DNA from: Octopus sinensis
Taxonomy: Eukaryota
Reading direction: 5' to 3'
NCBI RefSeq assembly: GCF_006345805.1
Contig: NC_043017.1
Coordinates: 32,116,001 to 32,180,000, forward strand
DNA: 64,000 nt
The position numbers were made by a program, and so were the translations under genes. How positions within the stretch are numbered: position 1 is the stretch's first letter; each line of letters opens with the position of its first letter. Positions 35,936-49,559 of the stretch are shown piece by piece. The notes below the pieces were generated by a model that saw only the letters and a program-made list of their open reading frames with translations, searched no databases and was not told the origin of the DNA.

Positions 35936-37396
35936 TAGATTAATTAAATTCCCAAGTTATTTCATCTATGTTTCTTCCTTTTCTTTCTTAATATACTAAC
36001 CATAAAATACTGGTTTCAAATCTTAGTACAAGGTCACGAATTTCAGGGAAGGGACAAATCAATAACATTGACCCCAGTGTTCAACCGGTACTTATTTAAT
36101 TGACCCTGGAAGGATGAAAAGCAAAGATGACTTGGGTAGAATTTGAACTCAGAATGCTAAGATAGACAAAATGCCTCTCAGCATTTCACCCAGAGTGCTA
36201 ACAATTCTGCCTGCTCACCACCTTAATAGTAACCATATGATATTGTTACAAACTTTTACTAAATAATCTTTGATTTTTAAAAATTTCTATTTGCCAAGTA
36301 TGACACCAGATATGTTTTAGTTTTATATTTCATTCAACCAAATTTATTTTTATTTAATAAAATTCTATTTAATGGCTGCAAGTCTGATTTTTGTAAATAG
36401 AAATTGCATGGGAATTTGTCAGATTATTTCTTTAAAATTACATTGTATTTGACTAATGAATCATGCTACTAATCCAGACATTTTATACTAATAAACTTCT
36501 CTAGTGCTCTTTCTCACAGACTTCTATTCTCCAACAACTGATAATATCTTGACCTTTCTTGACCATGGACTTTACAGGTAGACAACAACTAAGAGACTAT
36601 AGTATAGTCAGATCATTATCTACTTCTTAAACCTAAGCAAGTGAGTTCATAGCAGCCTTTAGAAAATCTAAAAGAGCCATTTTTGAGCTTCAATAAGTTA
36701 AGTTTGTAATATCACCATTCCAGCATTTAATTAATTGATTATTTAATAAATTGGTTGTTTAATTGATTGAGAGCCATTGTATATCGAAGGCATGATTATG
36801 CAAGCTTTCCAAAGCATATATCAGCCAATAAAGTCAACTGTTTATCCTTTGTCTAATTATTGTAATATTCAAATTTATGAATTTGGATTTACAATTTGTA
36901 CCTGCCGAGAGATATAGCTAACCCACATGGATTACTCAGGCATTGGCTCTCATGATCTCAACTCATTGGAAGTGTTATCATGTACATTGTTTTGTTTTGG
37001 TGTAAAAGATGGGCTACAGAAAATATTCTGCTCAATACCACAGACTTGTTTGTTGTTTGTTCCTTCTCGAGCCATGCCTGACACATAAGGGCTGGTTTCC
37101 TGGTTTCTTGGCATATAGGTTCCCCACCTAGACAGAAACTGAAGGAAGCTTGTCGTATATATGTATATATATACGTGTGTGTGTGTGTTTGTGTGTCTGT
37201 GTTTGTCCCCCCAACATCACTTGACAACCGATGTTAGTGTGTTTACGTTCCCATCATTTAGCGGTTCGGCAAAAGAGGCTGGTAGAATAAGTACTAGGCT
37301 TACAAAGAATAAGTCCTGGGGTCGATTTGCTCGACTAAAGGCGGTGCTCCAGTATGGCCACAGTCAAATAACTGAAACAAGTAAAAGAGTATATAT

Positions 37397-37562
37397 ATAT
37401 ATATGGTATTTAGATGAAAATAAAGATAGTTATGGCTGGTTTATAGGGTTACCCAGGGTTTGCATCCATGAAGCACTTAGCTATACCTTTATGGATGTGA
37501 AACCCTGGGTAACCCTATAAACCTCCCATAACTATCTTTATTTTCATCTGAATACCATACAT
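37397..37562. mobile_element. fold-back (MITE-like) element
   Basis: About 72-bp arms and a ~21-nt loop, embedded in (TA)n at a SINE A tail. Confidence 0.75.
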
Positions 37563-38395
37563 TCATATATATATATATATGTATGTATATATGTGTGTAT
37601 GTATGTATGTATGTATGTATGTATGTATGTATGTATGTATGTATGTGTGTATGTATGTATGTATACATAAATATCAAATAATGAGAATGACTGTTCAACA
37701 TTGCATTGGTGGTTAAATATACTTTATTTGTGTACTAAGGCTACCATTGGTTTCATGCTAAGGAATACGTCAACAATTATCAAGCTAATCACAAGGTACA
37801 GTGATGTCCCTCTCCTATGTATAACAGTGATAGAGTAGTGTGATCCCCCACAAAAAATATTGATATAGGCTGTTAGTATCAAGCATGTACATGACTTGTA
37901 TGGATGAAAAAAGCAGATGATACTTGATCAACAAAGTTTATTGATTAACTTATGTTACACACTTACTCCTGTATAAAATTAGATGGATACTTCAATAAGA
38001 TGACTGCAACTATACATCTTATGATTTTGCAATGAAGATTGCGAATTATGCGATTGTAGATTAATAGGTGTCAGGGAATGGAAAAAGTCAATCTATACTA
38101 CATATATCAGTTGATCTGAATGTGTTTTTTTTTATTGCTTTTCTCCATGCAACAATCATACCTGAAGGAAAACCGAGATGAATATATATATTCTGATTGG
38201 CTCTGAAAAAAATACATAGAACAGATTTACTATTCCAAACAACAATCATTGTGTGTGTGAGAGAGAGAGAGCGAGAGAGAAGGTGTTTTCACTCAGTACA
38301 CTCACCTACACATCTGCCTTTTCAGTGGCTCTTCCGTTATATTCTGTCTTCAATACTTACCTTGTACTTTCACCTCAAATCTCTCTCTCTCTTTC

Positions 38396-38432
<37 letters not shown>

Positions 38433-38714
38433 TTTTCTCTCTTTTCTAATGGACAAGCTATGTATTCAGCACTTGAACAAGACACCTGCTTCTGTCCCTC
38501 TATCCTAGTCTCTTATCCCTCAATTCCATATCCCACTCAACTGAGGTGCTCTTATCTTGTGGGTACTTGGTGACCTCACCAGCGCTGGTGTCACATGAGA
38601 AGCACCCAGTACACACTGTGAAGTGACTGGTGTTAAGAATGGCAACAGACTATGGAAACCATGTCAAAGAATACATTAGAATTTGATGCAATACTCTGTC
38701 TTGACTGTTCATGT

Positions 38715-38791
38715 CAAACAGTCCAGCCAGTGCTAACATGGAAAACGGGCTGTTAAGTGATAATGATGATGATGATGATGATGATGATCAC

Positions 38792-38825
<34 letters not shown>

Positions 38826-39225
38826 GTTTAGCATCCGCTTTCCATGCTAGCATGGGTCGGACGGTTCAACTGGTGTCTGGGAAGCCAGAAGGCCGCACCA
38901 GGCCCAGTCTGATCTGGCAGTGTTTCTATGGCTGGATGCCCTTCCTAACGCCAACCACACCGTGAGTGTAGTGGGTGCTTTTACATGCCACCAGCACAGG
39001 TGCCAGGCGAGGCTGGCAAACGGCCACGATCGGATGGTGCTTTTTATGTGCCACTGGCACGGGGGCCAGGCGAGGATGGCAACAACCACAACCAGATGGT
39101 GCTTTTTATGTGCCACCTGCACGAGGCCCGTCGGCGCGGCGCTGGCAACGGCCATGTTCGGATGGTTCTCTTACGTACCACCAGCACTGGTATCACAGCT
39201 GCAATTTCCATTGATGTTGATCAAG
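38715..39225. mobile_element. family C tail (plus) abutting a family C copy (minus) with 4 internal ~55-bp subrepeats
   Basis: (GAT)n meets (CAT)n near 38790; subrepeat GGCAA..GATGGTGCTTTTTATGTGCCAC. Confidence 0.8.
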
Positions 39226-39480
39226 GTTGATGAAGATGAAGATAATGATGATGATAATGATGATGATGATGATGATGATGATGATACATAGGTGCAGGCA
39301 TAACCATGTACTAAATTATTTTGGTTCACAACCCTCAATATGTCACCTTTGGCAAATATCTTCTGCGAATTCTTTTTTTAGTGAATGTAGATGGTGGAAA
39401 CTGTACAAATCCCATCATATGCATAAATATGTGTATGTGTGTGTGTATACATGTATATATGCACATATGATGTACGTAAA

Positions 39481-39709
39481 GGTGGTGAGCTGGCAGAAAC
39501 GTTAGCACGCTGGGCGAAATGTTTAGCGGTATTTCGGCTGTCTTTACTTTCTGAGTTCAAATTCTGCTGAGGTCGACTTTGCCTTTCATCCTTTCAGGGA
39601 CGATTAAATAAATACCAATTATGCTCTGGGGTCGATATAATTGACTTAATCCGTTTGTTTGTCCTTGTTTGTCCCTTCTGTGTGTAGCCCCTTGTGGGCA
39701 GTAAAGAAA
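39481..39709 (+). mobile_element. SINE family B
   Basis: Homologous to 3949-4177. Confidence 0.85.
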
Positions 39710-40155
39710 TATATATGATGCATGTATTTATGTATATGTATATAGGAATGCATGTGTATGTGTACATAAGTGTGTATATGCATGTGTGTGTTTATGTGAA
39801 TATTTACATGTTGCACCCCAGTAAAGCACAGACGGGTGTCCTTTGATGAGATTCCTGAGACAATAAATTGTTTGGTCACTCCACAAGTGGAATGTAATCT
39901 TTACGTTTTGCAACAGGAAGGACCCTAATTATTAGGATCAAGCCTTTAGCATTCAGATTAATGTTTATATAGCCACATATATTTTGAATTACTCATGCAT
40001 TATCTTGTAACTATGAGATTTCAATGACGTGATTGTTTATTTTTAGAATGATATTGCAGGGTACGTATGAAAGGCTGGATCTGGCCATTCTGAACGTAAA
40101 ACAGATAGGATATTTCAGCCAGATATGGTTAGTTTAGACACTAAAGAGTCAACAT

Positions 40156-40279
40156 TGTTCGACCGTGGTTGAGACAATGGAATTTACCATGCTATGCCAG
40201 ACTTCACGGTCCATCATGGCATTACGGAGGTCCTGTTGCTGGATGCCTGTATCCCTGGAGATTACATCAACTGATGCTA
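40156..40279 (-). mobile_element. short RTE-like LINE 3' fragment
   Basis: DVISRDTGIQQQDLRNAMMDREVWHSMVNSIVSTTVEQ; same family as 50673-51062. Confidence 0.75.
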
Positions 40280-40575
40280 GCATGACAAAAACTGAAGTAA
40301 ATGAAAAGCCTAAGCTGTATATAAGAACTGAAACCAAAATTTTATATATGCAGGAATGGCTGTGTGGTAAGAAGCTTGCTTCCCAACCACATGGTTCTGG
40401 GTTCACTCCTTGGGCAAGTGTCTACTAGTATAGCTTCGGTCCAACCAATGCCATGTGAGTGGATTTGGTGGACAGAAACTGAAAGAAGCCTATCATATAT
40501 ATATATATCTTAAATCCTTAAAATCCTTAAAAATGTTTTAGCCCGAAGGCCGCAGCCATGCTGGGGCACCACCAC

Positions 40576-40793
40576 TTATCCAAGGGAAGGCAATAGGAGC
40601 AACAACCACAGGAACACCTCAAAATTCAAAGATACACCAAACACATCCAAATCTTATATTACTGGATTTTAAATTTCTAATATGTCGGACTGTATAGATA
40701 TAAACTAGTATATAAGATTTGCATGTGTTTGGTCTATCTTTGAATTTTATGGTGTTCCTGTGGTTGTTGCTCCTATTGCCTTCCCTTGGATAA
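40576..40793. mobile_element. fold-back element
   Basis: About 85-90-bp inverted arms starting TTATCCAAGGGAAGGCAATAGGAGCAACAACCACAGGAACACC. Confidence 0.75.
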
Positions 40794-40904
40794 AAAAGTG
40801 TATACAGCTCATTGGAGCACTTCTATTTCCAGTCCGTTGTATATCCTGAGTGTTGTTGTCACTCAAGATATAACTTTATATTTTGTTATATATATCTATA
40901 TTGA

Positions 40905-41445
40905 CCTTTGACCTTGACCTTGACCGACCAGTCCGTCAGGCGTCCATTTGACACTGCTGGTCACATCATGCTGTCCACTTCTCTCTGGATTGCGCCTTTC
41001 TCATCCATGTGATCCCAATTGTCCTGCTGAAATCGTAACTCCACCGTCGTGGTGGTCTTCCGGGTGGTCTTTTCCGCTCATGCGTGTACCACTCGACAAC
41101 TGCATGCGTCCACCGATTATCGGTGAGCCGGGTGACGTGTCCAGCCCATCTATACTTGCTGCGTGTATACTCTGCAATGACATCTCTCATGCCGGACTTC
41201 TTTCTGATGATCTTGTTATTTATGTGCTCTCTCAACGAGATACCAAGTATTGACCGTTCCATGGCTCTTTGAGCCGTTACCAGTCTTTGCTCTTCTCTCT
41301 TTGTGGTAGCCCATGTTTCACTACCATATAACATTGCAGGCAGAACTGCACTGTTAATGAGGTTGGCACGGGTGGTCCTGTCCAACCTTCCCTTGAGCAC
41401 ATCCCTTATGCCATTGAACGCCTTCCATCCAGCCCTTACTCTCCA
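40905..41445 (-). mobile_element. 5'-truncated RTE-clade LINE, ORF C-terminus still open
   Basis: LPAMLYGSETW, KYRWAGHVTR and KRPPGRPPRRW motifs; (GGTCAA)n 3' tail. Confidence 0.92.
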
Positions 41446-41564
41446 GAATATATATAACAGAATGAGATAAAAATCCAATGCTGTGAAAGATTTCAGAACA
41501 TTTATAAATAGGTCTAACAGCTGATTCTGGGATATTTTATATATCCCTTCATCGGAAATGGTGT

Positions 41565-42041
41565 GAGAAAGAATAGGGAGAAAATGGAGAGGTGATTAAT
41601 AATATTATTTATCAATTATAAAATATGACAACATCTCTGACAGCTGTTTCAATTCAAGAATCTTTAGATAATTAACTTATAAAATTAAAATCACTATAAG
41701 ATGAATCTCTTTAGAGGTAGTAAGGATATACCAATCAGAAATATATGTTGAGATAAAGGCTATGAAACCGTTTACTCAAAATGTATTTCTACTCAGTATA
41801 TTCTTACTCCCTCTGAAGAGATCCATCTTATAATGATTTTGATTTTATAAATTAATTATCTAAAGATTTTTGAATTGAAACAATTGTTAGAGATATTTAC
41901 ATTATTTACATTTGACAGATATTTATCCTCATTTTGTTTGTTGTTAACACAACATTTCGGCTGATGTACTCTCCAGCCTTCATCAGGTGTCCTGGGGGGA
42001 ATTTCGAAACTGGGTTCTCATTCCTAAGGTATTTTTCCAAT

Positions 42042-42081
<40 letters not shown>

Positions 42082-42122
42082 CCACCACCACCACCACTAC
42101 CACCACCACCACCACCACCACC

Positions 42123-42181
<59 letters not shown>

Positions 42182-42552
42182 TCAGGTCACTGCTTGGAAT
42201 CGTATTCAGAATCGTGGGGTTTATAGCCTGTACGCTGAACCCCAAGATTCCAAGTTCGATTACAGGCAGTGACCTGAATAATAATAATGATAATAACAAC
42301 ATCAGAAAAATACTCCAGGAATGAAAAACCAAATTCAAAATTCCTGCAGGACATCTGATAAAAGCTGGAGAGTACATCAGCCGAAATGTGTTAACAACAA
42401 ACAAGATGAGGACAAATATCTGTGAAACGTAAATAATGTACATAATTCCTCATCTCTCAAATATAGAACAGCTGTCAGAGATGTTGTCATATTTTATAAT
42501 TAATAGATAATTTTATTAATTACCTCTCCGTTTCCTCCTTATTCTTTAAATA
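41565..42552. mobile_element. fold-back element family M interrupted by a family D insertion
   Basis: Left arm 41565-41735; right arm split into 41796-41895 and 42466-42552. Confidence 0.7.
41896..42465. mobile_element. family D fold-back with hammerhead arms
   Basis: Minus-strand motif 41946-41991 (GAAAU variant), degenerate plus-strand motif near 42350-42392, inner inverted repeat ATTCAGGTCACTGC/GCAGTGACCTGAAT. Confidence 0.8.
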
Positions 42553-42953
42553 GATATATACAAACTCCGGTTTATATTTTATTATTTTTTAAAAAATTTT
42601 ATCTAGTTTCAGCTCACGAGCTGTGGCCATGCTAGGGCACCGCCATTTATATGGCTACCTTATAGTTGAGTTTTCTATAGATTGGTAACTAACCAGTATT
42701 TTCAGTGGATTTATGATTCCTTAATGAGGTTTATTACCTTTACTTGATATGTGTGTGTGCGTGTGTATTTATGTGTGTGTGTGTGTGTGTGTGTATTTAT
42801 ATGTGTGTGTGTATATTTATGTGTGTGTGTGTGTATTTATGTGTGTGTGTGTATTTATGTGTGTGTGTGTATTTATGTGTGTGTGTGTGTGTGTGTCTTT
42901 ACGTCTGTGTTTGTACCCCCAACATCACTTGACAACATATATATATATATATA

Positions 42954-43490
42954 TACAGCGCGTCCCCTAAAAGTGTATACACACTTTAGCAGCTGATAAT
43001 TCAATTGATGCTTTTTCTTTTTTTTTCCAGATTAAACCCATTGGAAGTAACGATGGTGGTCAGAGTAATCTTTGAACAAAGGAAAGCCATTCTAAAATGC
43101 TACTGGAAGCGAGAAAACGCAGTTGAAGTGCAAACACAGTGTACGAGGGAGTTTCAATCAGTTCCACCAAAGTGACTTACGATCACTCGTATTAGAGGTA
43201 AGTATGAAGCCGATGGAACTGTTCAGAATGTCCACAAGAACCGTTCCGGAAGACCACGAGCATCGACAACCCCCACGAAGCAAGAAGGTGTGCTGGAAAC
43301 GTATCACCAAAGTCCAAGGATATTCTGTGCGGCAGGCGAGTCGTGAGGGAGGTATTTCAAAATCATCTGTCCAATGGATTTTGAAGCGTTGTCAAAGGAA
43401 AAGTTACGTTCCAAGATTAGTCCATGCTACTAATGACGATGGTGATCCAGACCGAAGAGTGCAGTATTGCGAGTGGTACTTGTATTAGAA
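42954..43490 (+). mobile_element. Tc1/mariner-superfamily 5' fragment (HTH region)
   Basis: TA-CAGCGCGTCCCC end; [18 protein letters not shown] and [33 protein letters not shown] motifs with frameshift. Confidence 0.75.
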
Positions 43491-43575
43491 ACTATATATA
43501 TATATATTGAGAGACGGAAAGTGACAGATACAGAGAGACAGACAGATAAGCTGATAGATAAAGATATATGTATTG

Positions 43576-43609
<34 letters not shown>

Positions 43610-44419
43610 GCATGTGTGTATTTGTGTGTCTGTGTTTGTCCCCTTAGCATTGCTTGACAACCGATGCTGGTGTGTCTATGTTCCTGTCACCAAGCGGTTC
43701 GGCAAAAGAGACCAATAGAATAAGTACTGGGCTTACAAAGAATAAGTCCCGGGGTCAAGTTGCTCGATTAAAGGCAGTGCTCCAGCATGGCCACAGTCAA
43801 ATGACTGAAACAAGTAAAAGAAAAAATCAATATTTATATATACACACACATACACATACATATATACAGGTACATAAATGTGTACATAAACATATGCATG
43901 TATATGTAGATATGAATGTATGTATGTATCTATCTATACATATGTGCTAAGGTATATATATTTGTGTGTGTGTGTGTATACATATATATGTATACCAATA
44001 CCTACGTATGTACATATAAAAACAAGCAGGATATTTGTGCTTAAAGGTAGATGGACATGCAAAATTGGCAGAAAGTTCTCTTGTTCTCAGATAGACAGAA
44101 GAATAAGCCGAAGAATATGAATGTTTAATTTTTCACAAGTGGCAGGAAATATACATGCTTTATCATCAAAAATGACCGAGTGGAGTTCTTTGAGTTCTAG
44201 AAATGAAGAATGAAAAACAGAATAGAAAAAAAAATTGATAGAAAAAGCAGAATAAGGAAAAAAAAAGAGACAAAAAAAAACAAGATTCCGCATGAAATTG
44301 GTTGAAAGAAAGAAATCCAATTTGTTATTTCAAAATGAAATTATCAATGAAAAATATATTTCAATTCTTTCCAAAGACTCAACATCAAAGAAGCAACTCT
44401 ACATTCAGGGGTATAGAGA

Positions 44420-44965
44420 CACATGTATGTACAATATATATTTATACATACACATACACACCTGCATATAAAAGTATGTATATATGTTTGTTTATATGCA
44501 TACATGCATGTGTGTATCCATGTATGTTTGTATGTACGCATATATGTGCTTGTCTATGTATGTTTGTATATGTGTATATGTATATATGCATGTATATATA
44601 TGCATGCATGTGTATATGTTCATGTGTATGTATGAATGAATGTAAATATGCATATATATTTGCCGGCATGTGTATATGTACATATGTATTAATGTGTGTA
44701 TGTATGCATGTATGTATGTATGTATGTATGTATGTATGTATGTATGTATGTTTATATGCATGTATGTATGTATGTATGTATGTATGTATGTATGTATGTA
44801 TGTATGTATGTATGTATGTATGTATGTATGTATGTATGTATGTATGTATGTGTGTATGTATGTATGTATATATATATGTATGTTTGTATGTATGTGTGTG
44901 TGTATGTGTGTATGTATATATATATGTATGTTTGTATGTATGTATGTGTGTATGTGTGTATGTAT
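44420..44965. repeat. (TATG)n/(TG)n microsatellite
   Basis: Directly visible. Confidence 0.95.
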
Positions 44966-45661
44966 AGGGGCATCGGCATTTTTTATGTGGAAGTGTCTCT
45001 GCCAAAAGATGAAAGTTAGCAGATTTGGCAATCTTTTTCCCACATGCAATTATATTACATTATTACGAAGACTGGCATCCATTCTTTAAAAACCTTGACT
45101 TTGGTTAAAGGTTACAATACTGCATGTGAAAATTTTCAGTTAGTTAAGAAACAGAGTTAAACCCATTTTTCTTTTAAGTATCTTTGAAGTGACTGAACGA
45201 GGTCATCATAAAAGAATACGACACCTTTTATCTTTTTCCATCACTCATTCATTAAGTCATGCTTTTGCCATGATTTGCTGAAATTCGTAAAAGTTCTTCA
45301 AATGATGCATCAGTTTTGATAACTTCGTTTTCGGCATTTTGTTTCTTTTTACTGGAATATATGAGATTGAGCAAGGGTTACTCTCAGAGCCCTATCAGCG
45401 ATCGTCATCGTTGTCATCATCATCATCATCATCACCATCACTATCATCATCATTATCATAACCATTGTCAGCATCATCATCATCATCAACTGCAACAGTG
45501 GTGCTGTTTTACCATTGAGGCAGGTTTTCCACACCTGGATGTCCTTCTTCCTGCCAATCTTCACCTGTTCCCAGGTAAGTTCATATTTCCCTTTGTTTCC
45601 CTTTATGGCCATGAACTGTATGGCAGCAACACTCACTTACACCTATCACAACACATCAAGA

Positions 45662-45705
<44 letters not shown>

Positions 45706-47469
45706 TATATATATACAGATATATACACGACAGGTTTCTTTCAGTTTCCACCTGCCGAAACCAGTCACGAGGCTTTGGTTGGCCTGATGTTATAGCGGAA
45801 GACACTTGCCCAAGGTGCCATACAGTGGGACTGAACTCAGAACCATGTAGTTGGGAAGCAAGCTTCTTACCACACAGCCATGCCTCTGCCTTTCTCTCTC
45901 TCTCTCTCTATATATATATATCTTTTGTCTTTTATGCTTTATATGTTTCAGTAACTGAGCTGCAGCCATCCTGGGACACCGACTTGAAGGATTTTAGTCA
46001 AACTGATCAGCATCACTACTTCTGTCTTTTTTACAGGGATGTAAACAAACCAACAACAGTTAAGTGATGGGCAGGGTACAAATACAGACACAAAGATGCT
46101 ATATGCATTTCCTACAGAAATTAGAGACAACTGAAACAAATTTCAATAGAAAATCTGTAGTTATAACCATAACATGTGATTTAATAGCACTGCTAACACA
46201 GGTAGGATAAAGTATTGACTTATAAAGCCTTAATATACTTTGTAGTATATTACGGTATTTTGGCACCCCAAATGTAATTGGTAGAACTATATACATGTTC
46301 AATCTCATGCGGACGTCTCGTGTATAGTTCTGCAAATTATATTTTGCTATGATAATCACGGATGAGTTGCGGATATCTACGTTAGTGATTATGTAAGTGG
46401 TAACAATGAAACCAGGTTTGTGATTAATCTGTAATTTTGTATCTTTTCATTTGTCTTGCTCACTTACGTTGTAGCGTTTGCTAAATTTTCTTGAAAACAA
46501 TCATTTCTTAGTGGTAAGACCACAGGGGGTCAACTTCTAGCATAATGGATGTCCACTTAGTCGTTCTCTCTCTTATAAGTATGTAATATAATTTTTCTGA
46601 ATCTTCAGATTGTTCTATATGTTAGACCACTGGTTTTAAATTGATATTAATCAAATTAATATTCAATTTTTCACCCTTATTATTTTAAATTTAAATTTAT
46701 ATGTATATAAAAAAATATTGAAAAATTTATAAACATTTATAAAAATTTATATGTATAAATTAATAATTTTAATTTTAAATTTAAATAATTTAAATTTTTT
46801 TATTTTATATTTTATATATTTTGTATATTATATTAATTATTTTTTATTTTTATGTTTTGTTTTATGTTTTTCACTGTTTGATTTGCCTAATAGTGGTTTT
46901 ATCTCTAAATTAATTTATATACACACACACACACACAAACATATATATCATCATTATCATCCTCATTTAAATCATGTTGTCCATGTTGGCATGGATTGAA
47001 CAGTGTGACCAGAGATGGTAAGCTGGGGGGGAAGCACCAAACCCCAGTCTGATTTGGCATGGTTTCTATGTCTTGATGCCCATCTTTATGCCAACCACTT
47101 TGCAAAGTGTGCTGGGCACTATTACATGGCACCACATGAGTGCTTCTACGTGGCACTGCACGATCATTTTTATGTGAAATCACATGGACACTTTCATGTG
47201 GCACTGCATGGTGCTTTTACATAGCACAGTCACAACATACAAATACATACACATATATACATATATATCTACACACACACATAAGGAGCATCTTTTTAGT
47301 TTCCATCTAAAGAATCCACTCATAAGGCTTTTGTTGGCCTCAGGATATGATAGAAGGATAACTTCCCAAACTGTTAGGCATTGGCACTAAACTTGGAACC
47401 AGGTGATTAAGAAGCCAACTTCTTACTACAGAGTCATGCCTGATACTGATATATATACTTATGTATATG

Positions 47470-47502
<33 letters not shown>

Positions 47503-47505
<3 letters not shown>

Positions 47506-47680
47506 GGAAAGTTTACGAAAATAAACAAAAGACGAAGGCAGGTGGAGTACAAACAAACAAATGTATTAGTATAGCGCTCAGGAATAGAAAAAGTCTTTTA
47601 CATTTCGAGCCTATGCTCTTCTACAGAAAGAGACACAGAAAAGAAACAAGGAGAGAAAAAAATGCGTGTAGGAGCTAAAA
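47503..47680 (-). mobile_element. family G element (copy 2) with hammerhead-like motif 47595-47630
   Basis: CUUU-CUGUAGA-A-GAGC-AUAG-GCUC-GAAAU-GUA-AAAG. Confidence 0.6.
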
Positions 47681-47776
47681 AAATATAAATTAGAGATAAA
47701 ACCATTATTATGCAACTCAAACAGCGATAGACATAAATCAAAACATAAATAACCAATATATATATAAATTTTTATT

Positions 47777-47807
<31 letters not shown>

Positions 47808-47848
47808 CATTATTATTATTATATTATTATATTATATAATTATATATA

Positions 47849-49465
47849 CAGTTGTGACCAAAATGTTCAGAACAGCATTGTTTTCGCCAGAAAAGTAGGT
47901 ATAAGTTTTTATCAAGGTTGTTTTATGTTCTATAAGTTTCACAGACAATAAATATTATATTAATTGTTATTGTCTGAGATTTTGGTGTAATTTGAGAGGA
48001 TAATACAAAAGTTATCGATGATTTAGTGATTTACTGCAAAACCCATGGTGGCCAAAATGATCAGAACGGTTGCTTTTAATATATTTAACTGGCGAACTCT
48101 AATGTTTTGAATTTGTTTACGTGATGGTTCGTTTACTAAACATTAGTAAGAATATCTGCAGTGTACTTTGTTAATATAATGCCACTTACTCCGTTACCAA
48201 TTCGTCAGCAGATTATTAAGCTTCGAAAGAAGGATAATTTAAGTATTGGGTCTATTGCAAAGATTGTTAACAAGTCAAAAAGTGTTGTTCACGGTATTCT
48301 TAAGGTCTTCGATGATTGTGGTTTATGTGAAGCAAGAAAGTCTATAGGTAGGCCAAGAAAAACGACCAAGAGAGATGATCGTGCTATGGTAAAGTTGGTT
48401 AAAAAGGACAGATTTAAAACTGCTGCTGCTGTTTCTCAGGAAATGAGCATTGTACTGAAGAAAACGTTATCTCGTAAAACTGTGTCTCATCGTTTAGTTG
48501 AACATAACCTACAAGCAAGATCACCTGCAGTGAAGCCACTGATCAGCTCCAAAAATAAAAAGTGTCGTCTTACCTTTGCAACCGAACATGTGCTGTGGTC
48601 TCAAGAAAAATGGCAAACGGTGCATTTCAGTGATGAATCTAAGTTTATGTTATTTGGCTCAGACGGGAAAAGGTACGTTCGTTGAAAAGTAGGTGAAAAA
48701 TTGTCACCTAAATGCCTTAAGACTAGTGTTAAATTCGGTGGAGGAAGTGTCATGGTTTGGGGAATGATATCTGGAGATGGTGTGGGCTCTTTGGTGCGAT
48801 TACATGGAAAGGTAAATGCAGGAGTTTATAAACAACTTGTAAAAGATCATGTCTTGCCTGTGCTGAGAAATTCAACTAAGCAACCACCTATATTCATGCA
48901 GGACAATGCCCCATGTCACAAGGCTAAGGTGGTCATGAACTTCCTCAAGGCTGAAAAGGTTATTATTATGGATTGGCCTGCTCAAAGCCCAGATCTCAAT
49001 CCTATTGAAAATGTGTGGAATATTCTAGGAGAACGTTCGAATGCCAGAAATCCTAAAACAACCAAGCAATTATGGAATGCCCTTCAGGAAGAATGAAATG
49101 AGATCACCTAGCAAGAAATTGAAAATTTAATTCCCTCATGCAGTCCAAGATGTCAAAGTGTGATTGAAGCTAAAGGGCTTTACACTAAATATTAAATAAT
49201 TCCAGTATTCTCTGTCATTTTTGATTATTTTGTTATTTTTTCAACCGTTCTGATCATTTTGGCCGCCTTGGGTTTTGCAGTAAATCACTAAATCATCGAT
49301 AACTTTTGTATTATCCTCTCAAATTACGCCACAATCTCAGACAATAACGATTAATATAATATTTATTGTCTGTGAAAATTATAGAACACAAAACAACTTT
49401 GATAAAAACTTATATCTACTTTTCTGGCGAAAGCAATGCCGTTCTGAACATTTTGGTCGCAACTG
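47849..49465 (+). mobile_element. full-length Tc1 (DD34E) transposon
   Basis: 224-bp TIRs (47849-48072 / 49242-49465), TA target duplication, 1617 bp. Confidence 0.97.
48179..49195 (+). pseudogene. Tc1 transposase pseudogene (338 codons, 3 in-frame stops, no frameshift)
   Basis: FSDESK, QDNAPCH and SPDLNPIE with 34-residue D-E spacing; stops at 48683, 49094 and 49109. Confidence 0.95.
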
Positions 49466-49559
49466 TATAAATATATTGTTTGTTCCGTCTCAAGCCATGT
49501 CTGGCTCATAAGGGCTGGATTCCCAGTTTCCTTGGCGTATAGGTTCTCCACAGGTGAGC

